64,000 nucleotides of DNA from Gemmatimonadales bacterium. Lineage in GTDB: Bacteria; Gemmatimonadota; Gemmatimonadetes; Gemmatimonadales; GWC2-71-9. How positions within the stretch are numbered: the first letter of the stretch is position 1; every line of letters begins with the position of its first letter. The DNA lies in assembly GCA_035577025.1 (NCBI GenBank), contig DATLVU010000027.1, positions 6,021 through 70,020 on the forward strand, given 5' to 3'. Shown one piece after another: positions 25,207 to 34,535 of this stretch. The notes under the pieces were generated by a model that worked only from the letters and a program-made list of their open reading frames with translations, was not told the origin of the DNA and did not search any database. A program made the position numbers and the translations under genes.

Positions 25207-25998
25207 TCAGAGAAACCGTTGGGTTCCGGGCGCCGTGAGCTTCAGCGCGAGGTACACCAGGAGTACCGCGGCGAAGCTCGCGATGCTCGCGAATGCGGCG
25301 CGCCGGCCCACCCAGTGGCTCACGACCCGAACTCCGACCGCCCACCCGAGAACCAGCCACGTCAACATGCCCCACACCACCTGGGCGGCGTCTACCGACG
25401 CCCCGCCGGCGTATTGCACGCCGAACCCGAGCAGCACGCCCAGCGTCACCGTCGGAAAGCCCAGCACGAGGGAAAGGTGGTTCAGCTGATCGAGGCGCTC
25501 GAGCGGCGGGAACAGCCGAAACACCTGACCGAAGCGCCGCGCCTTGAGCTCGCGGAATTGCAGCAGATACAGCGCCGCCGCGATAAACGCCAGCGCCAGC
25601 ATCGCGAGGCCAAAGACGCTCACCGTGATGTGCAGGATGGACCACGGTCCCCGTGCGGTCGCCGGCGCGGCCTCGGGCGCCAGCCCGATCAGGAGCGCGA
25701 GACCGACGAGCCCGGTCGCAACCGGCCCCGTGAAGACCCCGACCGCGGACGCCCGAAACAGCCCTTCGCTGGCCACCTGCAGGAGGACCAGGAACAACGC
25801 CAGCATCGAGAGCGTCGGCGCAACGCCCAGGAATGGCGTAAGGCGCGCGAGGCCGACGGCGTGGGCGCCAATCCCGAGCAGCGGGACGACGAGCACGAGC
25901 GCTCGAGGCGCCGCCCGGAGCCCCGCGAACGGCGCCAGGACGAGCGCGGTGCCCACCGCGTACAAACCCAGGGCGATGACGTGGAGAACAGAAATCAC
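25207..25998 (-). CDS. Cytochrome c assembly family membrane protein (CcsA/HemX-like)
   Basis: 263 aa, polytopic, immediately upstream of hemA as in hemA-hemX arrangements. GTG start. Confidence 0.65.
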   Translation of the reverse strand: MISVLHVIALGLYAVGTALVLAPFAGLRAAPRALVLVVPLLGIGAHAVGLARLTPFLGVAPTLSMLALFLVLLQVASEGLFRASAVGVFTGPVATGLVGLALLIGLAPEAAPATARGPWSILHITVSVFGLAMLALAFIAAALYLLQFRELKARRFGQVFRLFPPLERLDQLNHLSLVLGFPTVTLGVLLGFGVQYAGGASVDAAQVVWGMLTWLVLGWAVGVRVVSHWVGRRAAFASIASFAAVLLVYLALKLTAPGTQRFL

Positions 25999-26003
25999 TT
26001 GGG

Positions 26004-26027
26004 GCGCACCACCCGGCCCCGGTGCGC
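26004..26027 (-). terminator. GC-rich hairpin between the LysM gene and the hemX-like gene (no U-tract)
   Basis: GCGCACC (26004-26010) pairs with GGTGCGC (26021-26027) across a 10-nt loop. Confidence 0.25.
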
Positions 26028-26041
26028 GGGGCCGGAGCGGA

Positions 26042-27334
26042 TCAGGACGGCATCTTCCGGACGAGCCGCACCGGCATGCCGGGGACGAGGTTCGGGTGCT
26101 CGATGTTGAGGATCAAGCCCGATGCCGAGTGATCCCGCGTGTGGACGACCTCGAGCCAGATCTGGACCTGCTCGGATGACGAACCGGGCACGCCCGACGC
26201 CGGTCGGAACGCCACGAAGACGTCTCCCGGCGTCACGCCTTCCTCGCGGCCTCGATTGATGAACACGATCTGTTGGGGACCCGCCAGCACGTGGATGTCG
26301 CGCTCGGCGATCACCGTGCCCTCGAGCCCCTCCTCCACCGCGGTCGGCCGCACCTGACCCGGATCCTTGAACGGCTCGAGCGGGAGCGCCAGATGCCCGT
26401 CGTGAATCCGCGCGAATTGCAGGACCACGTCCGCGAGCACCTGCCGGCGCTGCAGCTCCGTAATGCGCGCCACACCGGTCGGCACGACCACTCCACCCCA
26501 CCCCGTGATATCGCGATCGACCCGGACGATGAGCAGGGAATCGCCGACGTGATACGACGCGCCCCGCGGCGGTTGGATCGCGATCTGGTCGAAGGTCGTC
26601 GCGCTCGAGCGGTCCGTCAGTCGCGGAATCGCCGGGATGGACGTGTTGCCCAGGACACGGCCGTACGGGAGCTTCTCGCCCTCCGTGAGGAAGCCCGCCG
26701 CGTAAAACTCACCACGACGGAGCGGACGGTACGGCTGGTTGGTGTAGGCCCGCAGCACGTCCCGCACTTCCTGCGTCGCGTTGCGACGGCGGTCGAAGAT
26801 GGTGGTGTAGGACTCGGTGGGCTCAGGCGGAGGCGGGGGGGCCTCGGCCACCGTCGTGTCGACCACCAGCGACGTGTCGGGCGGCAGGACCGCCACCGTG
26901 TCGGGCGAGGGTTGCGCATGGACCGTGTCGCCCGGTGTGGGCGGCGCCACCGCGGTGCTCTCGGGTGGAGCCTGCGCCACGCTGACACCCGCCGCCAGGC
27001 TCAACTCCTCCCCTGGATAAATCCAGTGGGGATCATCGATGAGTGCCGTATTGAGGCGGTAGATCTCGGGCCAGAGGAGTGGATCGCTGTAGTACAGGAC
27101 CGCGATCGACCAGAGCGTCTCCCCCGGCGCGACGACGTGCGTGGCGGGGATCTGGCCCTGCAGGGCTGGCGCCGCCGTCTCCGCTCGCGAGGTGTCCTGC
27201 GCTGGCCGCGCCGTATCGGGCCGAGCCTTGGTCGTGTCCTGCGCCGCGAGTGTGGGCACCAGCCCCGCGAGCAGCCCTGCTACAAGGGCGAGCAGGGCTG
27301 CTCGTTCAGAACGGCAGATCGTCGTCCTCCTCAT
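26042..27334 (-). CDS. Secreted LysM domain protein
   Basis: It has a signal peptide (AALLALVAGLLAGLVPTLAAQD) and a LysM domain (THVVAPGETLWSIAVLYYSDPLLWPEIYRLN). A GGAGG precedes ATG 27332-27334, inside the ssb 3' end. Confidence 0.7.
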   Translation of the reverse strand: MRRTTICRSERAALLALVAGLLAGLVPTLAAQDTTKARPDTARPAQDTSRAETAAPALQGQIPATHVVAPGETLWSIAVLYYSDPLLWPEIYRLNTALIDDPHWIYPGEELSLAAGVSVAQAPPESTAVAPPTPGDTVHAQPSPDTVAVLPPDTSLVVDTTVAEAPPPPPEPTESYTTIFDRRRNATQEVRDVLRAYTNQPYRPLRRGEFYAAGFLTEGEKLPYGRVLGNTSIPAIPRLTDRSSATTFDQIAIQPPRGASYHVGDSLLIVRVDRDITGWGGVVVPTGVARITELQRRQVLADVVLQFARIHDGHLALPLEPFKDPGQVRPTAVEEGLEGTVIAERDIHVLAGPQQIVFINRGREEGVTPGDVFVAFRPASGVPGSSSEQVQIWLEVVHTRDHSASGLILNIEHPNLVPGMPVRLVRKMPS

Positions 27335-27788
27335 CCAGGGCCTCCGGGAACGCGTCGAGCGATTCCGCCTTCGCTCCTCCCTCGGGCGCTACCTTCGCGG
27401 TGGCCTTGGCCCGCGCGAAATCGCCGGAGCCCTCACCACCTCCCCGAGACGACAAGAGGAGCACCTCCCGCGCGATGATCTCGGTCGTGTACCGCGTCTG
27501 CTTCTCGCGATCTTCCCAGGTTCGGTACTCGACGCGCCCCTCGACGTAGATCCGGTCGCCCTTCTTCATGTACTTCTCGGCCAGATCCGCCAGCTGCGCG
27601 CCCTTGTTGTTCCAGCAGACCACCCGATGCCACTCGGTCTTCTCCTGCTTCTCCCCCCCCTGCCCCGTCCACTGCCGGCTGGTCGCAAGCGAGAGCGTGG
27701 CGACCCGGGAACCGTTGTTGGTGCTCCGCACCTCGGGATCGGCCCCCAAGTTCCCGATTAGCATGACCTTATTGAGACTGCGGCTCAC
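27306..27788 (-). CDS. ssb: Single-stranded DNA-binding protein
   Basis: GTG 27786-27788, preceded by GGAGG, gives (M)SRSLNKVMLIGNLGADPEVR. An OB fold is followed by a Gly-rich linker and the acidic tail DEEDDDLPF. Confidence 0.9.
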   Translation of the reverse strand: MSRSLNKVMLIGNLGADPEVRSTNNGSRVATLSLATSRQWTGQGGEKQEKTEWHRVVCWNNKGAQLADLAEKYMKKGDRIYVEGRVEYRTWEDREKQTRYTTEIIAREVLLLSSRGGGEGSGDFARAKATAKVAPEGGAKAESLDAFPEALDEEDDDLPF

Positions 27789-27834
27789 AACAGACCTCCA
27801 GACTCTGAGCGGGTCTGGGACCAAGGGCGACAAC

Positions 27835-27863
27835 AGTATATGACCCGCAAGTTATTCTGTCAA
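27835..27863 (-). promoter_or_regulatory. Near-consensus sigma70-type promoter for ssb
   Basis: On the minus strand, TTGACA (27858-27863), a 17-nt spacer, then TATACT (27835-27840). It lies in one of the few AT-rich patches of the window. Confidence 0.5.
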
Positions 27864-27883
27864 TCAAAGATACGCCACTTGGG

Positions 27884-28354
27884 CTAAAGTTTTGCAGACA
27901 CCCCGTCTGCTTGAATGGCAGCCCGGAGAACCACGGCGTCCTCCACCGGCCGGCGGTAGTACCGGCCCCGCCGCGCCACCTCCCCGAAGCCCAGAGACTG
28001 ATACAGCCGACGGGCTCCAGCGTTCGACTCGCGCACCTCGAGGTACACCGCCCGGACGCCACGCTTCCCGAGCAGCGCCACGACGCCCTGAATGAGCGCG
28101 CGTCCCAGGCCGCGGCGTCGATGGGCAGACGCTACGCCGAGGTTCAGGATCTCGCCCTCGTCCGCGGCATCATGGGCGACGACATAGCCCACGACCGTCC
28201 CATGCTCCTCGGCCACGAGGAACAGGACGCCCGAGGCCACGCACTCACCAAAATCGTGCGCCGACCACGGATCCGAGAAGACGGCCCGCTCGATCGCGCT
28301 GACGTCGTCGACGTCAGTCGCCTGGGCGGGACGGATCGCGTAGCGGCCGGCCAT
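27884..28354 (-). CDS. rimI: Ribosomal-protein-alanine N-acetyltransferase (GNAT)
   Basis: ATG 28352-28354 gives MAGRYAIRPAQATDVDDVSAIE. The acetyl-CoA motif is HRRRGLGRALI. Its context is with tsaB and tsaE. Confidence 0.8.
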   Translation of the reverse strand: MAGRYAIRPAQATDVDDVSAIERAVFSDPWSAHDFGECVASGVLFLVAEEHGTVVGYVVAHDAADEGEILNLGVASAHRRRGLGRALIQGVVALLGKRGVRAVYLEVRESNAGARRLYQSLGFGEVARRGRYYRRPVEDAVVLRAAIQADGVSAKL

Positions 28355-29081
28355 GGCGCGCCTCCCATTTGACCTGCGCCTCCGCGGGCCTGCCGTACGC
28401 CGGCTCAGCGGTGGCGGGAACGGGGATCCGATGGACGGCACCCTCGTATCGCCGGAGTGCCAGCAACCCATCGGCCACGCTCGGATGTCCGTTGACGGGC
28501 GCGGCCTCGTCCAAGGGCGGTCGACCCGTCCATGCACGCACGTCCTGCGCGAACCGGCGCGCGCCATCGCCGATCGCGACATCGGGCGCCGTCGGCGCGA
28601 GGCCCCTGAGTTCCGCGATCGTCACGGCGGCCGGCGCGACGACGGTCTCGATCTCGTGCGCGGTGAGCCGATAGACCGCGCCATACACCTGCCCCCTGAG
28701 CGCGTCGTAACAGGCCGCGATCGTCGCTCCGGGCCCGAGCCCGGATTCGTTCCACCCGATCCAGGCCAATCCCATCAACGAGGGTACGGCATACAGGGGA
28801 ATCTCCCGCTCCTGGGCGAGCCCTTTCGCGACCGCCCAACCGATGCGCAAGCCCGTAAAGCTCCCTGGGCCGTCGCCCACGACGATGCCCTCTACGTCGT
28901 CGAGCGTCGTCGCAGCCTGGCGTAGGGCGTCGTCGACGCAAAGCACGATATCACTCGCTTGGCGACGCGCCCCGCGGATGATCCCTGACCCGCCGGTCCG
29001 GCGCGCGCCGTCCGGAGCGCACTGGACCACGACACTCGCGACGTCGGTCGCGGTATCGATGGCCAGCCACGCGGACTTCAT
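28314..29081 (-). CDS. tsaB: tRNA t6A biosynthesis protein TsaB
   Basis: Motifs [19 protein letters not shown] and GPGSFTGLRIG are present. An ATGA overlap links it to tsaE. Confidence 0.8.
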   Translation of the reverse strand: MKSAWLAIDTATDVASVVVQCAPDGARRTGGSGIIRGARRQASDIVLCVDDALRQAATTLDDVEGIVVGDGPGSFTGLRIGWAVAKGLAQEREIPLYAVPSLMGLAWIGWNESGLGPGATIAACYDALRGQVYGAVYRLTAHEIETVVAPAAVTIAELRGLAPTAPDVAIGDGARRFAQDVRAWTGRPPLDEAAPVNGHPSVADGLLALRRYEGAVHRIPVPATAEPAYGRPAEAQVKWEARHGRPLRDPSRPGD

Positions 29082-29485
29082 CCCTCGTTCACCACACGGA
29101 ATTGTGGATCGGCATCGTACGTGAGGCGCAGGTGACGGCCTAGCGCCGGTGTCCACGGTCCGGCCCGCTCAGGCCATTCGATCAGCACGACGGCGCCTTC
29201 GCGCATCATGTCGTCGAAGCCGAGGTCCCGAGCTTCGGCGGACGAGCGGAGCCGGTAGCAGTCGACGTGATAGACGGGGGGCCCAGCTGGCCTCTCGTAC
29301 CGGTGCACGAGCGCATACGTGGGGCTCGTCGCCGGGACGCGGGCCCCGAGGCCGCGACAAATGGCCTGGACGAGCGTCGTCTTGCCGGTGCCGAGCTCAC
29401 CCGAGAGCCCGACCACGGCCGGCGCCCGAAGGTCGCGCCCGAGGGCTTCACCGAACCGGTTGAGTTCGTCCGCGGATAGGCGCAT
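29078..29485 (-). CDS. tsaE: tRNA t6A biosynthesis ATPase TsaE
   Basis: P-loop [12 protein letters not shown]. Start is ATG 29483-29485 ([12 protein letters not shown]). Confidence 0.8.
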   Translation of the reverse strand: MRLSADELNRFGEALGRDLRAPAVVGLSGELGTGKTTLVQAICRGLGARVPATSPTYALVHRYERPAGPPVYHVDCYRLRSSAEARDLGFDDMMREGAVVLIEWPERAGPWTPALGRHLRLTYDADPQFRVVNEG

Positions 29486-31472
29486 GGCGGACCGCGTCCC
29501 CGTCGGCCCGGAGCTCGAGGATCTGGTCGCGTAACACCGCGGCGAGCTCGAAATCGAGCTCCTCCGCGGCGGCCTGCATCTGGCTCTCGAGCAGCCGAAC
29601 GAGAGCGTCTCGCTCCTTCGCATCGGCGGGCCGGTGCACCCGGCCGTCGGCTGGCTTGGCGGTCTTGGCGTCCGCGAACCGCGTCGCGAACCGCACCTGG
29701 TCGACCGACTTCACGATCGAGCGAGGAGTGATTCCATGCTCCTGGTTATACGCGAGCTGCACCTCCCGCCGCCGGCTCATCTCGTCGAGCGCGCGCTGCA
29801 TCGAACCGGTCATACGATCGGCGTACAGGATCGCCAGGCCGTTCAGGTTGCGCGCCGCCCGGCCGACCGTCTGGATCAGCGAGCGGTCCGAGCGGAGAAA
29901 GCCCTCCTGGTCGGCGTCGAGGATCGCCACCAGTGAGACCTCGGGCAGGTCGAGTCCCTCGCGTAAGAGGTTGATGCCCACGAGTACGTCGAACTCGCCG
30001 AGCCGGAGGCCGCGAATGATCTCCACGCGCTCGATGGCATCGATTTCGGAATGGAGGTATCGCACCCGCACGCCGTGTTGCTGCAGGTAATCGGTAAGAT
30101 CTTCCGCCATGCGCTTGGTGAGCGTGGTGACGAGCACGCGCTCGTTTTTCTTCTCTCGCAAGCGGATCTCGTGTAACAGGTCATCCACCTGCCCCTTCAC
30201 GGGACGAACGTGTACTTCGGGGTCGATGAGCCCCGTGGGGCGGATGATCTGCTCCACCACCACGCCCCCGGAGAGGCGGAGCTCTGCTTCGCCCGGCGTC
30301 GCGGAGACGAAGAGGATCCGCGGCACGAGTCCCATGAACTCGTCGATCCGAAGCGGCCGGTTGTCCAACGCCGAGGGCAACCGGAAACCGTAGTCGACCA
30401 GCGTCTGCTTGCGCGAGCGGTCGCCCTCGTACATGCCGCCGATCTGGGGCAACGTCTGGTGCGACTCGTCGATGATGCAGAGGTAGTCCTCGGGGAGGTA
30501 ATCGAGGAGACAGGCCGGCCGCTCCCCGGGCGCCCGACCCGTGAGGGGCCGCGAGTAGTTCTCGATGCCCGTGCACCGCCCCACCTCGAGCAGCATGTCG
30601 ATATCGAAGTTGGTCCGGGACTCGAGGCGCTGCGCCTCGAGCAGCTTGTTCTGCGCCCGCAGCTCGGCCAGACGCTCCTTGAGCTCCTCGCGGATGGCTT
30701 TCACGGCGCGCTCGATCGTGGGCCGCTCCGTGACGAAGTGGGTCGCGGGATAGACCGCCGCCCGGGCCAGGTCGGCGATCGTGTCCCCCGTGACCGGGTC
30801 GATCTTGGCGATGCGCTCGACGGTATCGCCCCAGAACTCCACGCGGACCGCCTGCTCGTCATAGGCGGGGAACACCTCGACCGTGTCGCCCCGCACGCGA
30901 AACGCTCCACGCTCGAAGGAGACATCGTTGCGCACGTACTGCACCGCGACCAGCTCCTCCAGCAGCGCATCGCGCCCGCGCTCCTCACCTACCGCCGCGG
31001 TGACGAGCCGGCGCTTGTACAGCTCGGGATCACCGAGGCCGTAGATCGCCGACACGCTGGCGACGATCACCACATCCTCGCGCTCCATGAGGCTCGACGT
31101 GGCGCGCAGCCGCAGGCGGTCGATGTCGTCGTTGATCGACGAGTCCTTGGCGATGTACGTGTCCGTCTGGGGCACGTACGCCTCGGGCTGGTAATAGTCG
31201 TAGTACGAGATGAAGAATTCGACCGCGCTTTTCGGGAAGAACGCCTTGAGCTCCCCGTACAGCTGCGCGGCGAGCGTCTTGTTGTGCGACAGCACCAGGG
31301 TGGGGCGGTTGAAGGCGGCGACGAGATGCGCCATGGTCATCGTCTTGCCCGACCCGGTGACGCCGAGGAGGGTCTGGTAGCGGTCGCCCCGGCGCAGGCC
31401 CGCGGTGAGCTCCTGGATGGCGCGCGGCTGATCCCCCGCCGGCGCGAACGGGGAGACGAGGTCGAACGGCAT
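29448..31472 (-). CDS. uvrB: Excinuclease ABC subunit B
   Basis: 674 aa with [13 protein letters not shown], helicase motifs and a C-terminal UVR domain ([17 protein letters not shown]). Confidence 0.95.
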   Translation of the reverse strand: MPFDLVSPFAPAGDQPRAIQELTAGLRRGDRYQTLLGVTGSGKTMTMAHLVAAFNRPTLVLSHNKTLAAQLYGELKAFFPKSAVEFFISYYDYYQPEAYVPQTDTYIAKDSSINDDIDRLRLRATSSLMEREDVVIVASVSAIYGLGDPELYKRRLVTAAVGEERGRDALLEELVAVQYVRNDVSFERGAFRVRGDTVEVFPAYDEQAVRVEFWGDTVERIAKIDPVTGDTIADLARAAVYPATHFVTERPTIERAVKAIREELKERLAELRAQNKLLEAQRLESRTNFDIDMLLEVGRCTGIENYSRPLTGRAPGERPACLLDYLPEDYLCIIDESHQTLPQIGGMYEGDRSRKQTLVDYGFRLPSALDNRPLRIDEFMGLVPRILFVSATPGEAELRLSGGVVVEQIIRPTGLIDPEVHVRPVKGQVDDLLHEIRLREKKNERVLVTTLTKRMAEDLTDYLQQHGVRVRYLHSEIDAIERVEIIRGLRLGEFDVLVGINLLREGLDLPEVSLVAILDADQEGFLRSDRSLIQTVGRAARNLNGLAILYADRMTGSMQRALDEMSRRREVQLAYNQEHGITPRSIVKSVDQVRFATRFADAKTAKPADGRVHRPADAKERDALVRLLESQMQAAAEELDFELAAVLRDQILELRADGDAVRHAPIRGRTQPVR

Positions 31473-31481
31473 CAGGGAAAC

Positions 31482-33665
31482 TTAACTGGTCGGGACTTGT
31501 GTCTGCGGGCCCGACTCGCGGCGCGAGACCTCCATCACGCCTTTCACGCGGCGAATCGCCCGGATCACCTTGTTCAGGTGGGTCTGATTCTCCACTTCCA
31601 CGAGCACGGAGCCGAAGACCGCTCCGTCGCGCGTGAGCAGCTCCGCCGACCGGATATTCGTTCCCGACTCGCTGATCGCCGTGCAAATGTCGGCGTAGAG
31701 TCCGCGGCGGTCCTCCCCCCCCACGGCCAGGCGCACGACGAACGTCTCACCGTCGGATTCCTGCCAGTCGATCTCGAGACGGCGCTCCGCTTCCGCCGAG
31801 AGGATGAGGAGATTGGGACAATCGGAGCGATGGATCGAGATGCCCCGACCCTGGGTGACGTAGCCCACCACAGGGTCGCCGGGTACGGGCTGGCAGCACT
31901 GCGCGTAGCGGACCATCAGGCCATCGACGCCCTGAATCTTGATGCCGCGACCGAGGCGCAACCGCTCGATGACCCGTCCGAAGGCCGTGGGCTTGGGCGC
32001 CTGCAGCTCGTCGGCGGGTAGATCGGGATACAGCGCCCGCATCACCGTCCCGAGCGCGATGTCGCCTCGCCCAACGGCGGCCTGGAGCTGCTCGGCGCTC
32101 CCGACCGAGAGCGCGGCCGCGGCGGCGCGCAAGCGGGCGTCGTCCGGGGGATCGAGCCGGCGCCGGCGCACTTCGCGCGCGAGGATCTCCTGGCCGAGCT
32201 CGAGGCTCTTCTCGAGCTCCTCCTGGCGAATCCACTGCCGGATCTTGTGCCGCGCGCGCGCGGTCTGCACGTGCGCGAGCCAGTCCCGCGAGGGCTTCGC
32301 CTGCGGGCTCGTCATGACCTCCACCGTGTCGCCGTTCTTGAGCGGCCGATGCAGCGGCGCGATGCGGCCGTTGATGCGGGCCCCCTGGCAATGCTGCCCC
32401 ACCTCCGTGTGCACCGCGAAGGCGAGGTCGAGCGGCGTGGCGCCTTTGGGAAGCCGCTTGACATCACCTCGCGGCGTGAAGACGAAAATCTCGTCCTGAT
32501 ACAGGTCGACCTTCAGAAACTCGAGGAACTCCTCGGGCGTGTGCGTATCCTGCTGCAGCTCGAGCAGCTGCCGGAACCACGCGAGATGGCGGTCGAGCTC
32601 GTCCGGGCTCTTCCCGCCTTCCTTGAACAGCCAGTGGGCGGCGATGCCGTACTCCGCGGTATGGTGCATCTCGCGCGTGCGGATCTGGATCTCGTACAGC
32701 TGGCCGCTCGGCCCGAAGACCGTCGTGTGCAGCGACTGGTAGCCGTTGGACTTGGGACTCGCGATGTAGTCTTTGATCCGCTCCTGGAGCGGGGTCCACT
32801 TGTGGTGAATGACCCCCAGCACGTGGTAGCACTCCGGGATGTTGTTCACCAGCACGCGCACCGCCAGGAGATCGTAAATCTCCTCGAACGGCTTGTCCCG
32901 TTTCTTCATCTTCTTGTAGATCGACCAGAGGTTCTTCGGCCGACCGGTGATCTCGGCCTCGGTGAGCCCGGCGTCCTTCAACTCGTCCGCGAGCGGCTCC
33001 CGCAGACGCTCGATGGTCTGCTCCCGCTCGACCTTGCGCGCGCGCACCTTGCGGGAGAGCGCGCGATAGTCCTCGGGCTCCAGGAACTTGAACGCCAGAT
33101 CTTCGAGCTCGGCCTTCACGCCCGCCATGCCGAAGCGGTGGGCCAACGGCGCGTAGATCTCACGGGTCTCGAGTGCGATCCGGCGTCGCTTCTCCGGATC
33201 CAGGTGCTCGAGCGTGCGCATGTTGTGGAGGCGATCGGCGAGCTTGATGATGATCACCCGCGCGTCCTTCGCGACTGAGAGCAGCAGCTTCCGGTAATTC
33301 TCGGCCTGTTCCTCCGCCGTCGACCGGAACGTGAGCGTCGACAGTTTGGTCAGCCCGTCCACCAGCTCCGCGACCTCGGGACCGAAGGTGCCCCGGATGT
33401 CTTCGATCGAGACATCGGAGTCCTCCACGACGTCGTGGAGGAGGGCCGCGGCAATGGTGATCGAGTCCATCTGCTGCTCGGCGAGAATCGTGGCCACGGC
33501 CACGGAGTGCGAGACGTAATCGTCGCCCGATTGGCGCTTCTGGCCGCGATGCGCTTGCGCGCTCATCCGGTAGGCCCGCGCCAACAGATCGAGGTCGAGA
33601 CGGTCGCGCTGCTGCGCGACCGCCCGGGCGAGCTCTGGCGCCAGGAGGGGGGCGGTGCTGGTCAC
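31482..33665 (-). CDS. relA: Bifunctional (p)ppGpp synthetase/hydrolase, RelA/SpoT family
   Basis: 727 aa with an HD domain (HSVAVATIL...LHDVVEDS), the synthetase block (YQSLHTTV), and TGS and ACT domains. Confidence 0.95.
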   Translation of the reverse strand: MTSTAPLLAPELARAVAQQRDRLDLDLLARAYRMSAQAHRGQKRQSGDDYVSHSVAVATILAEQQMDSITIAAALLHDVVEDSDVSIEDIRGTFGPEVAELVDGLTKLSTLTFRSTAEEQAENYRKLLLSVAKDARVIIIKLADRLHNMRTLEHLDPEKRRRIALETREIYAPLAHRFGMAGVKAELEDLAFKFLEPEDYRALSRKVRARKVEREQTIERLREPLADELKDAGLTEAEITGRPKNLWSIYKKMKKRDKPFEEIYDLLAVRVLVNNIPECYHVLGVIHHKWTPLQERIKDYIASPKSNGYQSLHTTVFGPSGQLYEIQIRTREMHHTAEYGIAAHWLFKEGGKSPDELDRHLAWFRQLLELQQDTHTPEEFLEFLKVDLYQDEIFVFTPRGDVKRLPKGATPLDLAFAVHTEVGQHCQGARINGRIAPLHRPLKNGDTVEVMTSPQAKPSRDWLAHVQTARARHKIRQWIRQEELEKSLELGQEILAREVRRRRLDPPDDARLRAAAAALSVGSAEQLQAAVGRGDIALGTVMRALYPDLPADELQAPKPTAFGRVIERLRLGRGIKIQGVDGLMVRYAQCCQPVPGDPVVGYVTQGRGISIHRSDCPNLLILSAEAERRLEIDWQESDGETFVVRLAVGGEDRRGLYADICTAISESGTNIRSAELLTRDGAVFGSVLVEVENQTHLNKVIRAIRRVKGVMEVSRRESGPQTQVPTS

Positions 33666-33729
33666 CTGTTGAGGATGGCGAGGGCACGCGGCTGAGTCAA
33701 CGCGGTGTAGCCGGTTGTCGCGCCTGCCC

Positions 33730-34413
33730 TTACAGGAGGCCGGCCTCCGCGAAGCTCAGGTACCGCTCCCCCCCCACGATCACGTGGTCGTGGACGGGGA
33801 CGTCCAGGAGGCGTCCCGCGTCCACCAGCTGCCGCGTGACCGACCGGTCATCCGCGGAGGGCGTCGGGTCACCGCTGGGATGGTTGTGCACGACAATAAT
33901 CCCCGCAGCCGCTTCGGCAATCGCGGCTCGGAATACCTCCCGGGGATGCACCAGCGAGCTGTTCAGGATCCCCCGGGTGATCAGCAGGTCGCCCAGGACC
34001 TGGCTCTGGCTCCCGAGGGCCAAGACGTGGAACTCCTCCACGGCCAGGTCCCGAAAGCGGGGTGCGTAGAAGCGCCGCACGTCGGCCGGCCCGCGGATGC
34101 GCTCGGGCGGCGGCTCCCGCTCCGCGCTCACCCGCCGCCCCAGCTCGAGCGCCGCCACGACGCGGGCCGCCTTGCCGCGGCCCACGCCCGGGACGAGGGC
34201 CAGCTCCGCGGGGGGGCGGCTCGCCAACCGGCAGAGCGATCCATCGACCCGCGCCAGAACCGCGCCGGCGACCGCGAGCGCGTCCTGCCCCGCGCACCCG
34301 GTGCCCAGGAGAATGGCGAGGAGCTCCTGCCCCGTGAGAGCGGCCGGGCCCACGCTCCACAGCCGCTCACGCGGGCGGTCGTGCTCGGCATGTTCTGACA
34401 GACGCAGCGGCAT
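33730..34413 (-). CDS. radC: RadC-family JAB-domain protein
   Basis: ATG 34411-34413 gives MPLRLSEHAEHDRPRERL. The JAB motif is VHNHPSGDPTPS. Confidence 0.85.
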   Translation of the reverse strand: MPLRLSEHAEHDRPRERLWSVGPAALTGQELLAILLGTGCAGQDALAVAGAVLARVDGSLCRLASRPPAELALVPGVGRGKAARVVAALELGRRVSAEREPPPERIRGPADVRRFYAPRFRDLAVEEFHVLALGSQSQVLGDLLITRGILNSSLVHPREVFRAAIAEAAAGIIVVHNHPSGDPTPSADDRSVTRQLVDAGRLLDVPVHDHVIVGGERYLSFAEAGLL

Positions 34414-34450
34414 CGGGGAAACGTACGGGGCGCGGGGAGAGATCCGGCAC

Positions 34451-34535
34451 CGGATTATTGCGGATTGCGGATTGTGGATTGCGGATTGGAGGCGGTGAGT
34501 GCTAATCCGCAATCGGAAATCCGCAATCGCAATCA
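34451..34535. repeat. Heptamer-periodic hairpin: (TTGCGGA)n left arm, (TCCGCAA)n right arm, abutting the secA stop
   Basis: Left arm: cggatta ttgcgga ttgcgga ttgtgga ttgcgga ttgga (34451-34490). Right arm: aatccgcaa tcggaaa tccgcaa tcgcaa tca (34504-34535). The inner 11 bp are perfect (GATTGCGGATT). Confidence 0.65.

Noticed and set aside
23936-25645. Long N-terminal extensions in ORF-track models: hemA to 25645, rimI to 28582, tsaB to 29156, tsaE to 29623, radC to 34584, bamD to 39471, the epimerase to 42125, the WbpE-like gene to 47658, the rmd-like gene to 53617, pyrF to 58895 and the JAMM gene to 63996.
   Set aside because: The extensions are Arg/Pro/Gly-rich and overlap the upstream gene in another frame. 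In each case an internal ATG or GTG at or near the upstream stop gives the canonical family N terminus, so I trimmed the starts.
34451-34535. Tandem short repeats considered as a possible CRISPR array.
   Set aside because: The unit is only 7 nt with no spacers, the two halves are mutually complementary (a hairpin), and no cas genes are present. It is reported as a repeat/hairpin instead.
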